Of a stretch of 64,000 nucleotides of DNA, positions 49,214-58,757 are shown one piece after another (positions within the stretch are counted from its first letter, which is position 1; each line of letters begins with the position of its first letter). This DNA is from an uncultured Candidatus Saccharibacteria bacterium. GTDB taxonomy: Bacteria; Patescibacteriota; Dojkabacteria; SC72. The notes under the pieces are model-generated. The model made no database searches. It had not been told where the DNA came from and saw nothing but the letters and a program-made list of their open reading frames with translations. The stretch covers positions 24,412 through 88,411 of the forward strand of contig CAZULJ010000003.1 of NCBI GenBank assembly GCA_964621195.1, read 5' to 3'. Both the position numbers and the translations under genes were made by a program.

Positions 49214-49222
49214 ATTATATCA
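49214..49222 (-). promoter_or_regulatory. Extended -10 promoter for T-box/valS
   Basis: Minus strand TG-A-TATAAT just 5' of Stem I. Confidence 0.72.
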
Positions 49223-49274
49223 CAAATATGTAGCACTAGAAGGCATTTATTACTCTTGTGATATAATGATGGCT

Positions 49275-50972
49275 ATGGATAAAACAAAAACAAGAAATTT
49301 CAGAAATGAAGAATTAAAACTATGCACACTCTCTGGAACAGAAGAGGTGGGAAGAAACTGTAACTTTTTAGAACTCGGGGATGAGATCATTGTAATAGAT
49401 GCAGGATACTCATTTCCTGGACAAGAAATGTACGGAATTGATTACTTAATACCGAACTTCAAATATTTAAGAAAAAACAAACAGAAGGTAAAGGCAATAT
49501 TAATTACTCACGGACATTTAGATCACACAGGAGCTTTAAGGTGGCTATTACCAGAATTAGATTTCCCTCCAGTATACGCAGGAGCTTTTGCTAAAGCCCT
49601 CATAGAAGAGAGGTTAGATGAGTACCATTTAAAGGAGAAAACAAGAATATATGGGGTAACAAGGCATACAAATGTAGATATTGGTCGAAACTTTAGAGCA
49701 ACATTCATTGGTATAAATCACAGCATACCAGATGCATTCTCTATCTTTGTTAATACACCAAAGGGAAGCGTCTTCTTCTCTGGTGATTACAAAATAGATA
49801 CCCAACCAACAAGCGAACTAGAAGCTGATTACGAAAAATTGAAATCTTTAAGGGGTAGAGTAGATCTCGCTTTAATGGAAAGTACAAATGCAAGTAAACC
49901 AGGCAAAGCCCCCTCTGAAACAGAGGTGTACGGGAATCTCGAGAGGGTAATAAAGGGGACTGAAGGCAGAGTAATCGTCGCAGCCTTTGCATCTCTTCTT
50001 ACAAGATTACACTCTCTTTTTGAGATAGCTAAAAGGACAGACAGAAAGATAGTAATCTCCGGAAGAAGTTTAGATCAAACAATTTCAATTGCATACAGAC
50101 AGGGATATATAAAGATACCCGAGAATTTAATAATTAAAGAAAGAGATCTGCCAAAGTACAAAGATAACCAGGTCATGATTCTGTGTACAGGCAGCCAGGG
50201 TGAAAGATTCGCCGCTCTTAATAGGATTTCAATGAACGAACATAAGTATATAAAGGTAAAAAAGGGAGACTTAGTAATAATGTCTTCTTCTGAAATCCCT
50301 GAGAATGTAAGTACAATAGAGAAAATGACAGACAGGTTAATAGCTCTTGGTGCTGATCTTGTAAAAGATAGTATCGAAACCAAGATTCACTCAACAGGGC
50401 ATGGTAACCAAGAGGATATGAAAATAATGTATGAACTAGTTCAACCTAAAAAAGTAATGCCTATACACGGACCACTTACTTTCAGATACTTCAACAAGAA
50501 GAATTACATAGATTGGGGAATGAGAGAAGAGAATGTGCTACTTACTGGTGATGGCCAAGTATGGCACTTTAATGGAAACAACTGGAGAAAGGGAAAGCCC
50601 GTAGAATCAAAACCTATCCTAATAGATGGACTCGGAGTAGGAGACACTGGTGAGATAGTATTAAAGGATAGGCAGCAACTTGCAGAGTACGGAATGTTTA
50701 TCGTTGTTCTCAATCTTAGCAACAAGAATAAAATGTTAATTGGTAGGCCACAGTTTGTATCTAGAGGTTTTATATATATGAAAGCCTCACAAGAGCTATT
50801 AAAAGAGATACAAGATATGATCTACGACATACACAGAGATTGGATTAAGAGCTCTCAAAGAAGTAAGAAGTTTGAGATAAAAGAGCTAAAGGAGAACATT
50901 GAAAGATCTCTTGGTAAGTACATATACAAAAAGACTGAAAGAGAGCCCATTATACTTGTAGTTACCATTTAG
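49275..50972 (+). CDS. rnj: Ribonuclease J; start reassigned to ATG 49275
   Basis: THGHLDHTG, NHSIPD, GDYKID, ESTNA, TGSQGE, HSTGH, PIHG. Confidence 0.95.
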   Translation: MDKTKTRNFRNEELKLCTLSGTEEVGRNCNFLELGDEIIVIDAGYSFPGQEMYGIDYLIPNFKYLRKNKQKVKAILITHGHLDHTGALRWLLPELDFPPVYAGAFAKALIEERLDEYHLKEKTRIYGVTRHTNVDIGRNFRATFIGINHSIPDAFSIFVNTPKGSVFFSGDYKIDTQPTSELEADYEKLKSLRGRVDLALMESTNASKPGKAPSETEVYGNLERVIKGTEGRVIVAAFASLLTRLHSLFEIAKRTDRKIVISGRSLDQTISIAYRQGYIKIPENLIIKERDLPKYKDNQVMILCTGSQGERFAALNRISMNEHKYIKVKKGDLVIMSSSEIPENVSTIEKMTDRLIALGADLVKDSIETKIHSTGHGNQEDMKIMYELVQPKKVMPIHGPLTFRYFNKKNYIDWGMREENVLLTGDGQVWHFNGNNWRKGKPVESKPILIDGLGVGDTGEIVLKDRQQLAEYGMFIVVLNLSNKNKMLIGRPQFVSRGFIYMKASQELLKEIQDMIYDIHRDWIKSSQRSKKFEIKELKENIERSLGKYIYKKTEREPIILVVTI

Positions 50973-51021
50973 TAGTAGTTCTCCTTCTTAACAGGAATTC
51001 TTAATGATATAATTCCATAAG

Positions 51022-52275
51022 ATGATAAAACTGCCATTTATAACATCTAGAGAGAATTTACTAGATGGTAAGAAACAAATTGTAGCACTAGACATAGGTA
51101 CAGAGACTGTAAAAAGTCTCCTGTTTACAATGAATGAGGAAGGTGTCTCTATAAACAAAGTCTCCAGAATCCAACAGCAACAACACGCTATGAGAAGCGG
51201 TATTATCACAAATCTAGATACTGTTCTTGAAAATTGTAAACTATCTGTCGAGGAGTTGCTCAGTACACTAAAAGAAGATGAATATCCAAAGAAAGTGATT
51301 CTCGGAATAGCAGGGGAGTACATACAGGGAGTCTCCATTGTTGTTAATTACCAAAGAGAAGAGAATTTTGAAAAAGAGGTTACTAAAAAGGAACAAGACA
51401 AAATTATCTCTCAAATAAGATCACAAATAATTGTAGATGGGAAGGGAGACTTAAGCCAAAGGACTGGACTTCGAAACGATGATATTGAGATATTACATAT
51501 AACTCCAACAGGGCTAGAGATTGGTGGATTACCAGTAAATACTTTAGTTGGATATAAGGGGAGGGATGTTAGATTAAACTTCTACGCCTCTTTTGCACCA
51601 AAGACATATACAGAGGCTTTACGTAAAGTCTCCGCATCATTGGGTTTTGATGTCTTAGGAATAGTCTCACAACCATTTGCAGTAGCAAGAGGACACTCTG
51701 GTGGAGAGAACAAGAATTTTTCCGCCATATTTATTGATATCGGAGGTGGAACAACAGATGTTGCTGTAGTACAAAATGGTAATATCGCAGAAACCCAAAT
51801 GTTTGCATTTGGAGGCAGAGTATTTACAAAAGAATTAGCGAAATTAACAGACAGTGACTTCAGACATGCAGAACAGAGAAAGATAAAATATTCAGAGAAA
51901 GAACTGCCAAAAGAAGTCTCACGACAGGTTCAAAAGGCAATGTATTCTACTGCGAACCTATGGATTCGAACATTAAAAGTTGCACTAGAAAGCTGCGAGG
52001 ATATAGAAGTATTACCTTCTCAGATATATCTTTGCGGTGGTGGCGCCCTATTACCAGAAATTAAAGAGGTTCTCTTAGAATTCCCATGGAAGAAATATTT
52101 GCCATTTACCGTAGTCCCTAAGATAGAGATGTTTACTCCAGATCTTTTGGGCTCCATCAAGGATAATAGTGGTCAACTTGAAAACATCTATGATATTACA
52201 CCCGCCTCTTTGGCAAAGTTTGTCTACGATATGGAAATAGATAAGACTAAATATGATATAAATTGGGAAGTATAA
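51022..52275 (+). CDS. FtsA-like actin-fold ATPase
   Basis: ALDIGTETVK (phosphate 1), IDIGGGTTD (phosphate 2), AEQRK, LCGGGALL. Confidence 0.82.
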   Translation: MIKLPFITSRENLLDGKKQIVALDIGTETVKSLLFTMNEEGVSINKVSRIQQQQHAMRSGIITNLDTVLENCKLSVEELLSTLKEDEYPKKVILGIAGEYIQGVSIVVNYQREENFEKEVTKKEQDKIISQIRSQIIVDGKGDLSQRTGLRNDDIEILHITPTGLEIGGLPVNTLVGYKGRDVRLNFYASFAPKTYTEALRKVSASLGFDVLGIVSQPFAVARGHSGGENKNFSAIFIDIGGGTTDVAVVQNGNIAETQMFAFGGRVFTKELAKLTDSDFRHAEQRKIKYSEKELPKEVSRQVQKAMYSTANLWIRTLKVALESCEDIEVLPSQIYLCGGGALLPEIKEVLLEFPWKKYLPFTVVPKIEMFTPDLLGSIKDNSGQLENIYDITPASLAKFVYDMEIDKTKYDINWEV

Positions 52276-52279
52276 GAGA

Positions 52280-54100
52280 ATGGAAGAGAAATTGAGCATA
52301 ACAAAAATAATAGTAAACGCAAGTCATGAACTTACAGATATAGTAAGAGATATACATAATAGCGATGCAGAGAGAATAGTACTGACATTCACAGATCAGT
52401 CAGACCTATTAATAAGCCCCATTAACCTAAAAGTTCTGCAAGAGGTTGCAGAGAAGGAGGGGAAATTACTAATATCACAGATAATACAAAATCCAACAGG
52501 AGTAAGGAATTCTAAACTTGCAGGTATAAAAGTAATAGAAACACCATCAGCACCTACGGAAGAAGATTGGGCAGAGGTAATCGAAGAAAGAGAGATAAAG
52601 AATAGGACTGCAAGGGAAAAGAAGGAAGATCCAGTGGTACAAGAGCCCGAGATAAAGAAGACTTCCTCATTTGAGGAGAGAGTAAACAATGCCATTAGTC
52701 GTTCAAAGGATGTTAGAAGAGTAGAGCCTGCTCAAGAGGAGGAATCTTTCATCTCTATTGATGAAGATACTCCTGCGGAAGAGAACAGATCTCTTGCTGG
52801 TAAAGATTTTGCATCAATCCCAAGGGAAGAGGTTATAAAGGGAAATACAGTAACCGAGAAACCTCATAGGAAATTCAAACTCAACTTCAAAGGTATCAAT
52901 TTCAAAAGTAAGGCTTTCCTAAGAATTGCAATATTAGCCGTAGGACTCTTAGTACTAGTTCCGGGAGTAGGTTTTGCGATATATAACCAGATGGTGCCTA
53001 TCGCAAAAGTTAAAATATTTGTTGAAGCAAAAACAGTTCAAATAGAGAAAACCTTTACAGGGGATCCTAACATAGACAATGTCGATTTTGATAATTTAAA
53101 GATCCCCATAAAAACAGAAGAGATCGAAAAGAGTCTTTCAGATACAGTTACCCCAACTGGTAAAGCATACAAGGGAGAGAAGGCAAAGGGTGCCGTAACA
53201 ATAACATACTGGAAGGGAGGTGATTGCTTAGAAACAACTCCAATAGTAACAATTACCAATGGGCATACAATTACAACAGGAGATCTTTCGTACAAAACAA
53301 CTTCAGCAGCGGAGTTAAAATGTAACCAGATGGCAACTTTAGAGCTTGTTGCTGCTGATATTGGAGAAGAGTACAACATAAGTGCAAGCAAACCCTTCTC
53401 TATACAAGGTTTCCCATCTGCCGATGTGTATGGATTAAATGCTGCTCCATTCACCGGTGGTACAAAAGAGGAGTATACAGTATTGTCCCAACAGGATGTT
53501 GACACTGCTGTCGAAACTCTTGCAGAAACAGCAATAGAGGAAGTTAAATCCGAATTAAGAGAGAATGAGAGTGCTTGGGAAATAATTGAAAATACAATAA
53601 AGAGCGAAGTAGAAAAAGATAGTATTAAAACAGATAAGAAGGTAGGGGAAGAGGCCTCCATTGTTAACCTTGAAGTAACCATAATAGGTACTGCTACATA
53701 CTACTCCACAAAAGGTCTAAATGATGGACTGACAGAGATCTTGAGGGAGGAAGCTGAATCAAAGAATCTTTTCGAAAGTGAGAATGATTTAGAATTGTCA
53801 CTAGGTGATACAATCGAGAAAAAGTTGGTAGTAAATGAAGATGTAAAAGATTCCATCGAGATACAATTGACAGCTAGCTCCTCAATTAGACCAAAGATCA
53901 GTAAAGAAGATATCGAGAACAAATTAAAAGGTATGAAATGGGAAGAGGGGTTGGTATATATCTCTACTTTAGATTTCTCAGATCAGAAAACGGAGGTTCA
54001 ATTTATACCAAGCAACTACCCAGAATTCCTAAGAAGATTTCCAGATAGAAGGGGTGGTGTACTTGTAACAATAAAAGAATTACAGGTAGAAGTTGAATAA
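52280..54100 (+). CDS. Membrane-anchored protein with an extracellular baseplate-J-like region
   Basis: N-terminal alpha/beta domain, charged linker, one TM; TG..GEKAKGAVTI, A.DIGEEYNI, N.APFTGG patterns recalled from baseplate-J-like proteins. Confidence 0.65.
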   Translation: MEEKLSITKIIVNASHELTDIVRDIHNSDAERIVLTFTDQSDLLISPINLKVLQEVAEKEGKLLISQIIQNPTGVRNSKLAGIKVIETPSAPTEEDWAEVIEEREIKNRTAREKKEDPVVQEPEIKKTSSFEERVNNAISRSKDVRRVEPAQEEESFISIDEDTPAEENRSLAGKDFASIPREEVIKGNTVTEKPHRKFKLNFKGINFKSKAFLRIAILAVGLLVLVPGVGFAIYNQMVPIAKVKIFVEAKTVQIEKTFTGDPNIDNVDFDNLKIPIKTEEIEKSLSDTVTPTGKAYKGEKAKGAVTITYWKGGDCLETTPIVTITNGHTITTGDLSYKTTSAAELKCNQMATLELVAADIGEEYNISASKPFSIQGFPSADVYGLNAAPFTGGTKEEYTVLSQQDVDTAVETLAETAIEEVKSELRENESAWEIIENTIKSEVEKDSIKTDKKVGEEASIVNLEVTIIGTATYYSTKGLNDGLTEILREEAESKNLFESENDLELSLGDTIEKKLVVNEDVKDSIEIQLTASSSIRPKISKEDIENKLKGMKWEEGLVYISTLDFSDQKTEVQFIPSNYPEFLRRFPDRRGGVLVTIKELQVEVE

Positions 54101-54144
54101 ACCTTTAAATTCCTTCAATTTATTGATAGAATTGCATGTTTTAT

Positions 54145-54221
54145 GTACCCGTAGCTCAATAGGATAGAGCAATTGCCTTCTAAGCAGTAGGTTGTCGGTT
54201 CGATTCCGGCCGGGTACGCCA
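54145..54221 (+). tRNA. tRNA-Arg(TCT)
   Basis: GTACCCG/CGGGTAC acceptor stem, anticodon loop CTTCTAA, GTTCGA T-loop, encoded CCA. Confidence 0.96.
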
Positions 54222-54234
54222 TTTTAAAGAATAG

Positions 54235-54322
54235 GGAGAGATGCCTGAGTGGCCGAAAGGACACGCTTGGAAAGCGTGCGTACAGCAATGTACCATGGGT
54301 TCGAATCCCATTCTCTCCGCCA
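54235..54322 (+). tRNA. tRNA-Ser(GGA)
   Basis: GGAGAGA/TCTCTCC acceptor, CACGC-TTGGAAA-GCGTG anticodon arm, long variable arm, G73, CCA. Confidence 0.96.
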
Positions 54323-54363
54323 TCATATTTACAACAGATCCTCTCGGTGATATCTTAGAATCA

Positions 54364-54936
54364 ATGTTAGATATCATAGGTATTGTATATTTTACTCTTT
54401 CAAATTTGTATTTACTTGGGAACTTCCCTTTACATTTATTTGAATTTCTTGATTTAAGAACAGGATATGCTGTAAGTGACTATGCCCTTATCTTTGGTAC
54501 TGGAAACTATTTTAATATCTCTGCAATCGCAACGGGTTTGCTCTGTGGTCTAGATTCTATAACTAATCCAAAATACAAAAGAGTACGGAAATCAATATAC
54601 AATATACACGCCATTACTGCTTTTGCATTGATAGGGGTAGGTCTCTTTCCATTGACTGGTAAAGACCTAGACTTAAACAGGGTATTGCATTGGATATTTG
54701 CAATCATCTTTATTTTTGGCTATCCCCTCGCAAGGCTATTTATCCTTAGGTATTACAGTAAGAAAGCATTTAAGAGACTACTTCTTTCATATCTTGGATT
54801 AAACATTCTCTCTCTCGTGGTATATTGGTTCCTCTCTTTAAGATATATTGCATATCCTGAATATCTAATGTGGTTAGCGTTGATGTCTACGATTATTCTG
54901 AGCCAGATAGTAATATCAGGAAAGAAAAGAAAATAG
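54364..54936 (+). CDS. Polytopic membrane protein, possibly DUF998-like; start ATG 54364 because the ORF-track 5' extension is tRNA
   Basis: Several TM segments; VSDY, GVGLFP, LH.IFA motifs. Confidence 0.65.
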   Translation: MLDIIGIVYFTLSNLYLLGNFPLHLFEFLDLRTGYAVSDYALIFGTGNYFNISAIATGLLCGLDSITNPKYKRVRKSIYNIHAITAFALIGVGLFPLTGKDLDLNRVLHWIFAIIFIFGYPLARLFILRYYSKKAFKRLLLSYLGLNILSLVVYWFLSLRYIAYPEYLMWLALMSTIILSQIVISGKKRK

Positions 54937-56269
54937 CATTGCCTTGCGGAAGTGTCAAAAAGTAGTGATCTCCCATACCTATTATTATTATAGAGAACAG
55001 TATAAAAAGTGGTAAAAAAGATTTCTTAATACCCCTTATAAAATATTTATATACGATATACCATAAGTATGTTGCAAAAAAGATCCCCATCTCAACAAAG
55101 CTTAACAAAAAGATGTTGTGTACAGGTTGTAGTAACAATTTTCCACCCTCTGTGAATGGGATATTTTCAGAATAGAAGCGAGTCGAATTACCCAATGTAG
55201 TACCGAAGTGCAAATTACTTAGAAAGATTTCCCAATTCACTTTTATCAATTTAATTCTATCCGTAAAGCTATTGTCCCCTCCTGTAAAGACATAGAGAAA
55301 TCTATAGAAGAGAATAGAGGAGAGAGAGTAGGTATTTCTCCTTTTGAGAAAGAACTGCACTAATAAAAATAGAGAGAAGAGAGCAATCAAGATTATAGAG
55401 ATACGGGAGAATGTAAAAATAGAGAAGATCGGAACAAGCAATAGAGGTAAAAGATAGAAACGATCTTTTGAATAGTTATAGAGAATGTAAGACATAAACA
55501 TTAATAAAAGAAACCAACCAGCGAGAATGTTCGGATGGGGGAATGTACCATATGCTCTTAAGAGGGTTTCCCCCTGAATTTCAATGAAGCTACTACCAAA
55601 CATTCCATTCACAATCTTGGACTCTCCGAGAAAATAAAGCCCAATGGATGTTCCCTTTATAAATTGCAAAATTCCAATACTCCCTTGTATAAGGATTGAG
55701 CCTGTTAATGATAATTTTACATACCCTTCTTGTAACAGCTTCTTTACAGATTTTTTTTCTTTAAGAGAATTAACAACAGCTATTGAGGTCAATAGGTAAA
55801 CAAGCATTCTTACCCAGAGTAGAGCGGTAAGAAAATTGTGAACAGTAAGAAGAAGGATTCCAAGAAGAAGTATAAAAAAAAGGAGATCCTTCTTAAAGAC
55901 CCCTTTGAAACCATTATTTAAAAATATATTAATAAAAAGGATCGAGACAAAGATATCAAGAACAGAGAGGGTCGGTACTAGATAGTTAACCCAGAAACCG
56001 GCAACATATGGATCCGAGAGTAAGATCTGAGCCTCAAATATATTTATAGTCTCCGGTATTTGGAATGTAATATTGAAAGGTATAAGGAGAAAGACAAAGA
56101 GTAGAGTAGATTTGTAAACACCTATCTTTCTCGAATATAGATACCAAAGTGTAAACAGAAAGATCAGGAAGATTGCCTTTGAAGGATTCTCATTTATTAA
56201 TAATAGAGAAGAACAGGAAAGTATTACAAAGAAAAAGGACGAGAAGTATTTCTTAAAAATTTCTTTCAT
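54893..56269 (-). CDS. O-antigen ligase (WaaL/Wzy_C) family membrane protein
   Basis: RAYGTFPHPNILAG, TFSR, PVHNIFL..VEMG, DHY. Confidence 0.85.
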   Translation of the reverse strand: MKEIFKKYFSSFFFVILSCSSLLLINENPSKAIFLIFLFTLWYLYSRKIGVYKSTLLFVFLLIPFNITFQIPETINIFEAQILLSDPYVAGFWVNYLVPTLSVLDIFVSILFINIFLNNGFKGVFKKDLLFFILLLGILLLTVHNFLTALLWVRMLVYLLTSIAVVNSLKEKKSVKKLLQEGYVKLSLTGSILIQGSIGILQFIKGTSIGLYFLGESKIVNGMFGSSFIEIQGETLLRAYGTFPHPNILAGWFLLLMFMSYILYNYSKDRFYLLPLLLVPIFSIFTFSRISIILIALFSLFLLVQFFLKRRNTYSLSSILFYRFLYVFTGGDNSFTDRIKLIKVNWEIFLSNLHFGTTLGNSTRFYSENIPFTEGGKLLLQPVHNIFLLSFVEMGIFFATYLWYIVYKYFIRGIKKSFLPLFILFSIIIIGMGDHYFLTLPQGNAIFFSFLILLSGSE

Positions 56270-56289
56270 TAAGATATTCTACCAGAGAA

Positions 56290-56811
56290 TTACTCTTCAC
56301 TCTCCTCTTCGGACTCTTCATTACTTGCAGAAACAACACCCATCTCTTCTTCAGTAATAGGAACTATTCTAATATGCCTATCTCTATCTTCTCCGTGACT
56401 TTCTGTTTTTATATCGTCAAAGACCTGCAATGTCATATGGACAACTCTTCTGTCAGAAGCTTTCATAGGTGGAAGATCAACTGGTTCTCCTAGTATCCTT
56501 GCATCATCAGCCTTTTGTAATGCAAACTTTTCCAATTTCTCATCTCTTTCCTTCCTATATCCACAGACATCAAGCAAGACTCTGTAGTTACTCTCTTCTC
56601 CAAGATGTTTTCTTAAGATTAGGCTAAGTACAAATTGTAGAGAATCAAGATGCTTACCATGTCCTCCGATTAAATATCCCAGGTTATCTCCAGAGAATGA
56701 TACTTTTATATATTCGGTATCATCATTTTTCTCTGTAGATATTTCATAATCAGCTTCAATACCCATAAGGTCTAGAAGTGTATCAAGCTCTTTCTTTACA
56801 ATATCTTTCAT
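56290..56811 (-). CDS. jag: Jag/EloR/KhpB RNA-binding protein (KH plus R3H, no Jag_N)
   Basis: GYLIGGHGKHLDSLQ (KH), PM..DRRVVH (R3H); next to yidC. Confidence 0.9.
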   Translation of the reverse strand: MKDIVKKELDTLLDLMGIEADYEISTEKNDDTEYIKVSFSGDNLGYLIGGHGKHLDSLQFVLSLILRKHLGEESNYRVLLDVCGYRKERDEKLEKFALQKADDARILGEPVDLPPMKASDRRVVHMTLQVFDDIKTESHGEDRDRHIRIVPITEEEMGVVSASNEESEEESEE

Positions 56812-56825
56812 ATTAAATATTTTTC

Positions 56826-57677
56826 TTAATTTATTTTCTCTTTATTAGATATCCTACTCCAAAGATTCTGAACACCTTTCTTTGTTTTATCAAAATCTAG
56901 AGTGAAATACTGTATTACTAGCATAAAGGATTGGACCATCCAATACCAACCTAGTGCTGCAGGCATACTAATAGTGAAGAATACGGTCATAAGTGGAAAC
57001 ATAAACATCATAGACTTTTGCATCTGAGCTTGCATATCTTCAGGAGAAACCTCTCCCTCTTTCTTCTTCTCCTTCTTAACTGGAGAAGTAGGGGTTTGCA
57101 TCTTTTGTGTAAACAGGGTTGTTAGATATTGAACAATACCAACTAATATAGAGAGTATTATGTATGGCAAACTTTGAACTCCAAATCTTCCAAACTCTGA
57201 AGACATTTCATTGTATGACTTTGTCATATCCCAGAAAAGGAATTGAGTATTAATCATATATCCATCAGAGAAGTTAATTAGATCTTTGACCCATGTATAC
57301 AAACCATCAAGATTGCTATCAGTAACTGCTCTAATGACACCAATTAATACTGAAAGTATTACAAGTTGGGGAACAAGAGTACCTATACATCCTAGCGGGT
57401 TATATCCAACCCTCTTGTATAGCTTCACCTGCTCTTGGGAGAGTTTCTCTTTGTTGTTAGCATACTGCTTTTGTAACTTATCAAGCTCTGGTTTAAGATT
57501 TGCCATCTTCTTTGTCATCTCTGTTTGTTTCTTTAGAAGAGGGATTAGTAATATTCTTACAATAACAGCGATTGCTAATATAGCTAATCCTAAATTATCA
57601 CCTAAGTAGTGATAGAGAACGATTACAATATTTAATATCGGGTTAAAAAGCAAAGTATTCCAAATAGTTGATAACAT
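56826..57677 (-). CDS. yidC: Membrane protein insertase YidC/Oxa1, short form
   Basis: RILLIPL, LKPEL..LQKQY, NPLGC, FLFWD, PAALGWYW. Confidence 0.94.
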   Translation of the reverse strand: MLSTIWNTLLFNPILNIVIVLYHYLGDNLGLAILAIAVIVRILLIPLLKKQTEMTKKMANLKPELDKLQKQYANNKEKLSQEQVKLYKRVGYNPLGCIGTLVPQLVILSVLIGVIRAVTDSNLDGLYTWVKDLINFSDGYMINTQFLFWDMTKSYNEMSSEFGRFGVQSLPYIILSILVGIVQYLTTLFTQKMQTPTSPVKKEKKKEGEVSPEDMQAQMQKSMMFMFPLMTVFFTISMPAALGWYWMVQSFMLVIQYFTLDFDKTKKGVQNLWSRISNKEKIN

Positions 57678-57727
57678 TATGGTAATTAATAATAATAAAA
57701 ATCTTTTGCATTATACATCAAACTTAA

Positions 57728-58024
57728 TTATTTTTCAGGAACAGGATCATACTGTCCTGGAGTGGCCCAAGGATGACATTTTAAAACCCTACGAAGGGCA
57801 AGATAGTTACCTTTCATAATGCCAAAACTCTTAACAGACTCATATCCATACTCTGAACATGTGGGTGTAAATTTGCAGGCCCTAGTATTGGGATAAATCT
57901 TTCCTAGATATCCGTGATCAAGAGATAATGTTTTTTGATAGATTCTAATTAGTAGTAATTCCAGAGTCTTTGGTATATCCAAAAGCATCTTTAATTTGTT
58001 TCGAATATTCATTCTTAATTTCAT
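57728..58024 (-). CDS. yidD: Membrane protein insertion efficiency factor YidD; true start may be 58012 or 57988
   Basis: IRIYQ..LS, CKFTPTCSEY, RVLKCHPW, YDPVP. Confidence 0.93.
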   Translation of the reverse strand: MKLRMNIRNKLKMLLDIPKTLELLLIRIYQKTLSLDHGYLGKIYPNTRACKFTPTCSEYGYESVKSFGIMKGNYLALRRVLKCHPWATPGQYDPVPEK

Positions 58025-58307
58025 TGTAATCTTTACAATATTTAAAAGCTACGTACTGACAATGATAGGGAAGATATCCAAAGTTGTACTCCTTTATAAC
58101 TTCTCTAGTTATCTCTCTTAACAATCTTGTGAGGTGGTGTCTTTGTACTGCGTTCCCTGTCTTTTTACTAACAACATATGCAAATTTTACAGGACCACTA
58201 TCAACCTTGCGTACAACTAGCATACCGAATTCACCTCGGAATTTCTTTCCTTCTGAATATGTTTTTTTGAGATAGTTCTTACCTAATCTGTGTTTGTAAG
58301 GAAGCAT
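57945..58307 (-). CDS. rnpA: RNase P protein component
   Basis: MLP..HRL, VVSKKTGNAVQRH..R.LRE; located between rpmH and yidD. Confidence 0.9.
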   Translation of the reverse strand: MLPYKHRLGKNYLKKTYSEGKKFRGEFGMLVVRKVDSGPVKFAYVVSKKTGNAVQRHHLTRLLREITREVIKEYNFGYLPYHCQYVAFKYCKDYNEIKNEYSKQIKDAFGYTKDSGITTN

Positions 58308-58322
58308 ATATAATAGTATACA

Positions 58323-58505
58323 CTACCTAATTCTTGATGCAGGTTTCTTTCGTAGGGTTTTGTACTCACTACTTACTGTTAGAGATTTTCTTCCCTTGTT
58401 AATTCTTCTCTTTAGTAAAGCTTTTCCCGCAGAAGTTTTATTTCTAGCCATAAAACCAAACTTTCTGATCCTTTTTAAATTTTTAGGCTGATATGTTCTT
58501 TTCAT
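58323..58505 (-). CDS. rpmH: 50S ribosomal protein bL34 with C-terminal extension
   Basis: [25 protein letters not shown]. Confidence 0.95.
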   Translation of the reverse strand: MKRTYQPKNLKRIRKFGFMARNKTSAGKALLKRRINKGRKSLTVSSEYKTLRKKPASRIR

Positions 58506-58587
58506 AAGCGAGCTTATTATATCTTAACATCTATTGAAATGGCAAATATTTATATAAATATAGGTAATCTACCCAATCTCTAAGATC

Positions 58588-58662
58588 TGTAGATAAAAAG
58601 CCCTACTCACAAAACCCTTTTAAGGAGTATATAATTTAGCTATCTTGCAAATCTTATCCACA
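58588..58662. promoter_or_regulatory. DnaA boxes upstream of dnaA
   Basis: Perfect TTATCCACA at 58654-58662; one-mismatch TGTAGATAA at 58588-58596. Confidence 0.7.
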
Positions 58663-58757
58663 TTTTTTAAGAAATGAATATAATAGATTTAACAGTCCCA
58701 ATCGACCATAACACTGCCCCCTAGCTGCCTCTTTCTTTTTAATATACTTTTTTAAGT

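Noticed and set aside
49143-49274. N-terminal extension of the RNase J ORF
   Set aside because: Overlaps the valS T-box and promoter on the other strand; a -10 box points to ATG 49275
53038-53682. 214-aa minus-strand ORF and the many similar Ser/Phe/Ile-rich antisense ORFs in the track
   Set aside because: Shadows of well-supported genes on the opposite strand, with no motifs of their own
52280-54100. Prophage or contractile injection system suggested by the baseplate-J-like gene next to tRNAs
   Set aside because: No sheath, tube, capsid, terminase or integrase nearby; context is housekeeping
54241-54363. N-terminal part of the 231-aa ORF (MPEWPKGHAWKA...)
   Set aside because: It is the tRNA-Ser(GGA) sequence read as codons
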